From contig NC_043000.1 of assembly GCF_006345805.1 (NCBI RefSeq), positions 152,148,001 through 152,212,000 on the forward strand: a stretch of DNA of 64,000 nucleotides. The letters are read 5' to 3'. The position numbers and the translations under genes were made by a program. Positions 62,080-64,000 of the stretch are shown piece after piece (the first letter of the stretch is position 1; every line of letters begins with the position of its first letter). The DNA is from Octopus sinensis. Taxonomy: Eukaryota. The notes beneath the pieces are model-generated. The model had not been told where the DNA came from and ran no database searches. It saw only the letters and a program-made list of their open reading frames with translations.

Positions 62080-62530
62080 TCCAGTATCCTAATATGTCTT
62101 GCAAACAACTTGCACATGCAAATGCACCAGTCAAAAACTCTGCATACCAGAAGCCAGCAAGTGTATGGGGTCATCAGGAGAGAATGCACACTGTTTTGGG
62201 GCCTACATCTTGATGGCATCAATGTGCACCGCCCCCCCCCCTCACTGATATGAGGCCCCGCTTGCTAGATCAGCTGATTATCAAATAAAGCTCAATATTT
62301 TTCTAGCCATTGCTCATCGTCTCTTTTAAACCAAATCCAGTGGCTAGCCTTCTCCACTGTTGTTTGGATATCGGTCATGGTGGTATTGAATTTACGATGA
62401 GTTAGGCCTAACAATAACAACAGTCGTCTCATACTGTGTCCTACAAACCCTCTACATCTGACTACAATTGGAAAATGTTCTGCTTTCCAGCCTGCGTCTT
62501 CACATTCCTCGATTCTTTGAAAAGTAATGA
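62080..62530 (-). mobile_element. 5'-truncated RLE-type (HERO-like) non-LTR retrotransposon
   Basis: ECEDAGWKAEHFPIVVRCRGFVG...LG...VEKASHWIWFKR resembles the P.EVGCRGF...AE.AS.W.W.KR C-terminus. Confidence 0.7.
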
Positions 62531-63677
62531 TCAAATGACCAGGATGTTGGACTATTTACATAGAAGTATCAGTTTAAACTTAAAAAGTTTCATAAATCTA
62601 CCTTAGCTTATGATATAACCTCACTCACTTGATAGCTAATGAAATGCCATCATACCAAATATAGAACTGAAGCTTACCTGCCTTAAACAATTCACCAGAT
62701 TATACAATTGCACAATGCAAACTTAAATGAATGCTTAAAAGACATTTGAACTTATTTCTAAAAAGGAAACAATAGTGGTACTGTCATATTACTGGAAGTC
62801 ATATCTTTTATTAGGCTTTTAGCAAAAACATTTGCTACTTTCATTTACATTTTCAGTTAATTAGAGTTTGCCTTTCAGAGTAAAAGTAGGTTGTTTGTTT
62901 CTGTTGGAATATGAAGAGATTCCAGTTGAGAGATGTCACCCAGCTCAACTAAATTCAAGAGCAACATGTTGCAAAGAAAATTAGCTGGATTGGAGTTATG
63001 TAGGTGAAGATATGCATCTTAAGCTCAACCATGTATAAAAGAATATTATTAACAGACCATAAAATGCTCTGTTATCACATGAACCAGTCTCCCTCTGTAA
63101 TGATTAAAAAAAGCCCTGTGTGTCATTGCTGAACTCAGGAGAGCAGGAGACTAGCAGAGCCAAATGTAAATGAACTGGCAGAAGCGAACATAAAAATGCT
63201 GCATCTTTCCTTAAAAAAATCATGAATCTTTAATTGTGAGTATAGAAGTTTATAATTACCAATATCTATGGACATGACACATGAAGAGAATGTGAGAAAA
63301 AGTGCCATAAATAGAGAAATTAGAAATGGCTAAAGTGAATTAGTGTTTCATCTGCATGCTCATGGATTGTCAGTTCAAATTGTTTGGTTATGTTTTGGGG
63401 CAGAATTCTTTATTTTACATAACTTCAGTTCACCTGGATATTATGAATAGGTACCAGTGATATAGGAAGGTTATCTGTGATAAACTAACATCTCGTCCAG
63501 GGGGTGTGTTACCTCTTGTTTGCTTCATGCCATGAAACTGAAGCTAAACAGTAAAATACTCTTTTTTGCAGAAAATATCAGATTGTGCTTAAGTTTGAAA
63601 CTTTCATTTACTCTGTCCTGAAAAATACTCTAATTATAACAATTTCTAGTAATATGTGATTGTTCATTCTTTTCTAG

Positions 63678-63877
63678 CTTGTGGTGGAACTTACAGAGAA
63701 CCATCAGGAGTACTCCAGACACCATTCTATGGAGCAAGTGGAGACAATGATACAAATGAAATATGCATATATGTTATCTGGCAACAACCGTCAAAATTGA
63801 TTTCACTAATATTTGAAATATATTCTTATTATGATCAAAGTTTAAACGCTACTAATTGTACTTCAAACTATATTGAA
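63678..63877 (+). CDS. CUBN: Cubilin exon, CUB4 N-terminal part (gene continues past the window)
   Basis: tttctag / gtaagt; ACGGTYREPSGVLQTPFYG...EICIYVIWQQPSKLISLIF...NCTSNYIE. Confidence 0.92.
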
Positions 63878-64000
63878 GTAAGTATTTCTTTATTCTATAT
63901 CTGAAATTTTCAATTTGAAAATTCATAAGCAACAACTTTCCCTGCAGTTTGTTGATGTTGACTGCAGTATTGCAGCTTACTAGTTGACACCATTCAATTG

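Overview
AT-rich, repeat-dense eukaryotic (animal) DNA. The repeat landscape resembles my recollection of octopus/coleoid cephalopod genomes; this is an inference, not verified. The window is the 5' part of one large + strand gene, cubilin (CUBN). I traced 21 GT-AG exons (500-63877) whose phases all join into one open frame (2800 nt, about 933 codons): the N-terminal AMN-binding/trimerisation region, an unusually long coiled-coil stalk on five phase-0 exons, 8 EGF repeats, CUB1-3 and the start of CUB4. The first exon and the remaining CUB exons lie outside the window. The introns are packed with tRNA-derived SINEs, RTE, CR1, R4/Dong and HERO-like LINE fragments, non-autonomous Helitrons, mariner/Tc1, hAT and piggyBac MITEs, a solo LTR and microsatellites. 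Most short ORFs in the supplied track are repeat artefacts. Most notable: (1) a tRNA-headed SINE whose 3' half carries a Penelope-type hammerhead ribozyme motif (58000-58265); (2) a TSD-flanked 139-bp near-perfect inverted repeat with a hammerhead motif in its loop, the Penelope inverted-pLTR architecture (26208-26627); (3) a miniature of that element riding inside an amplified Helitron subfamily; (4) an apparently extended cubilin stalk; (5) a 53-nt copy of a CUBN exon pasted into the next intron between 9-bp direct repeats. All alignments were done by eye and repeat boundaries are approximate unless TSDs are given.
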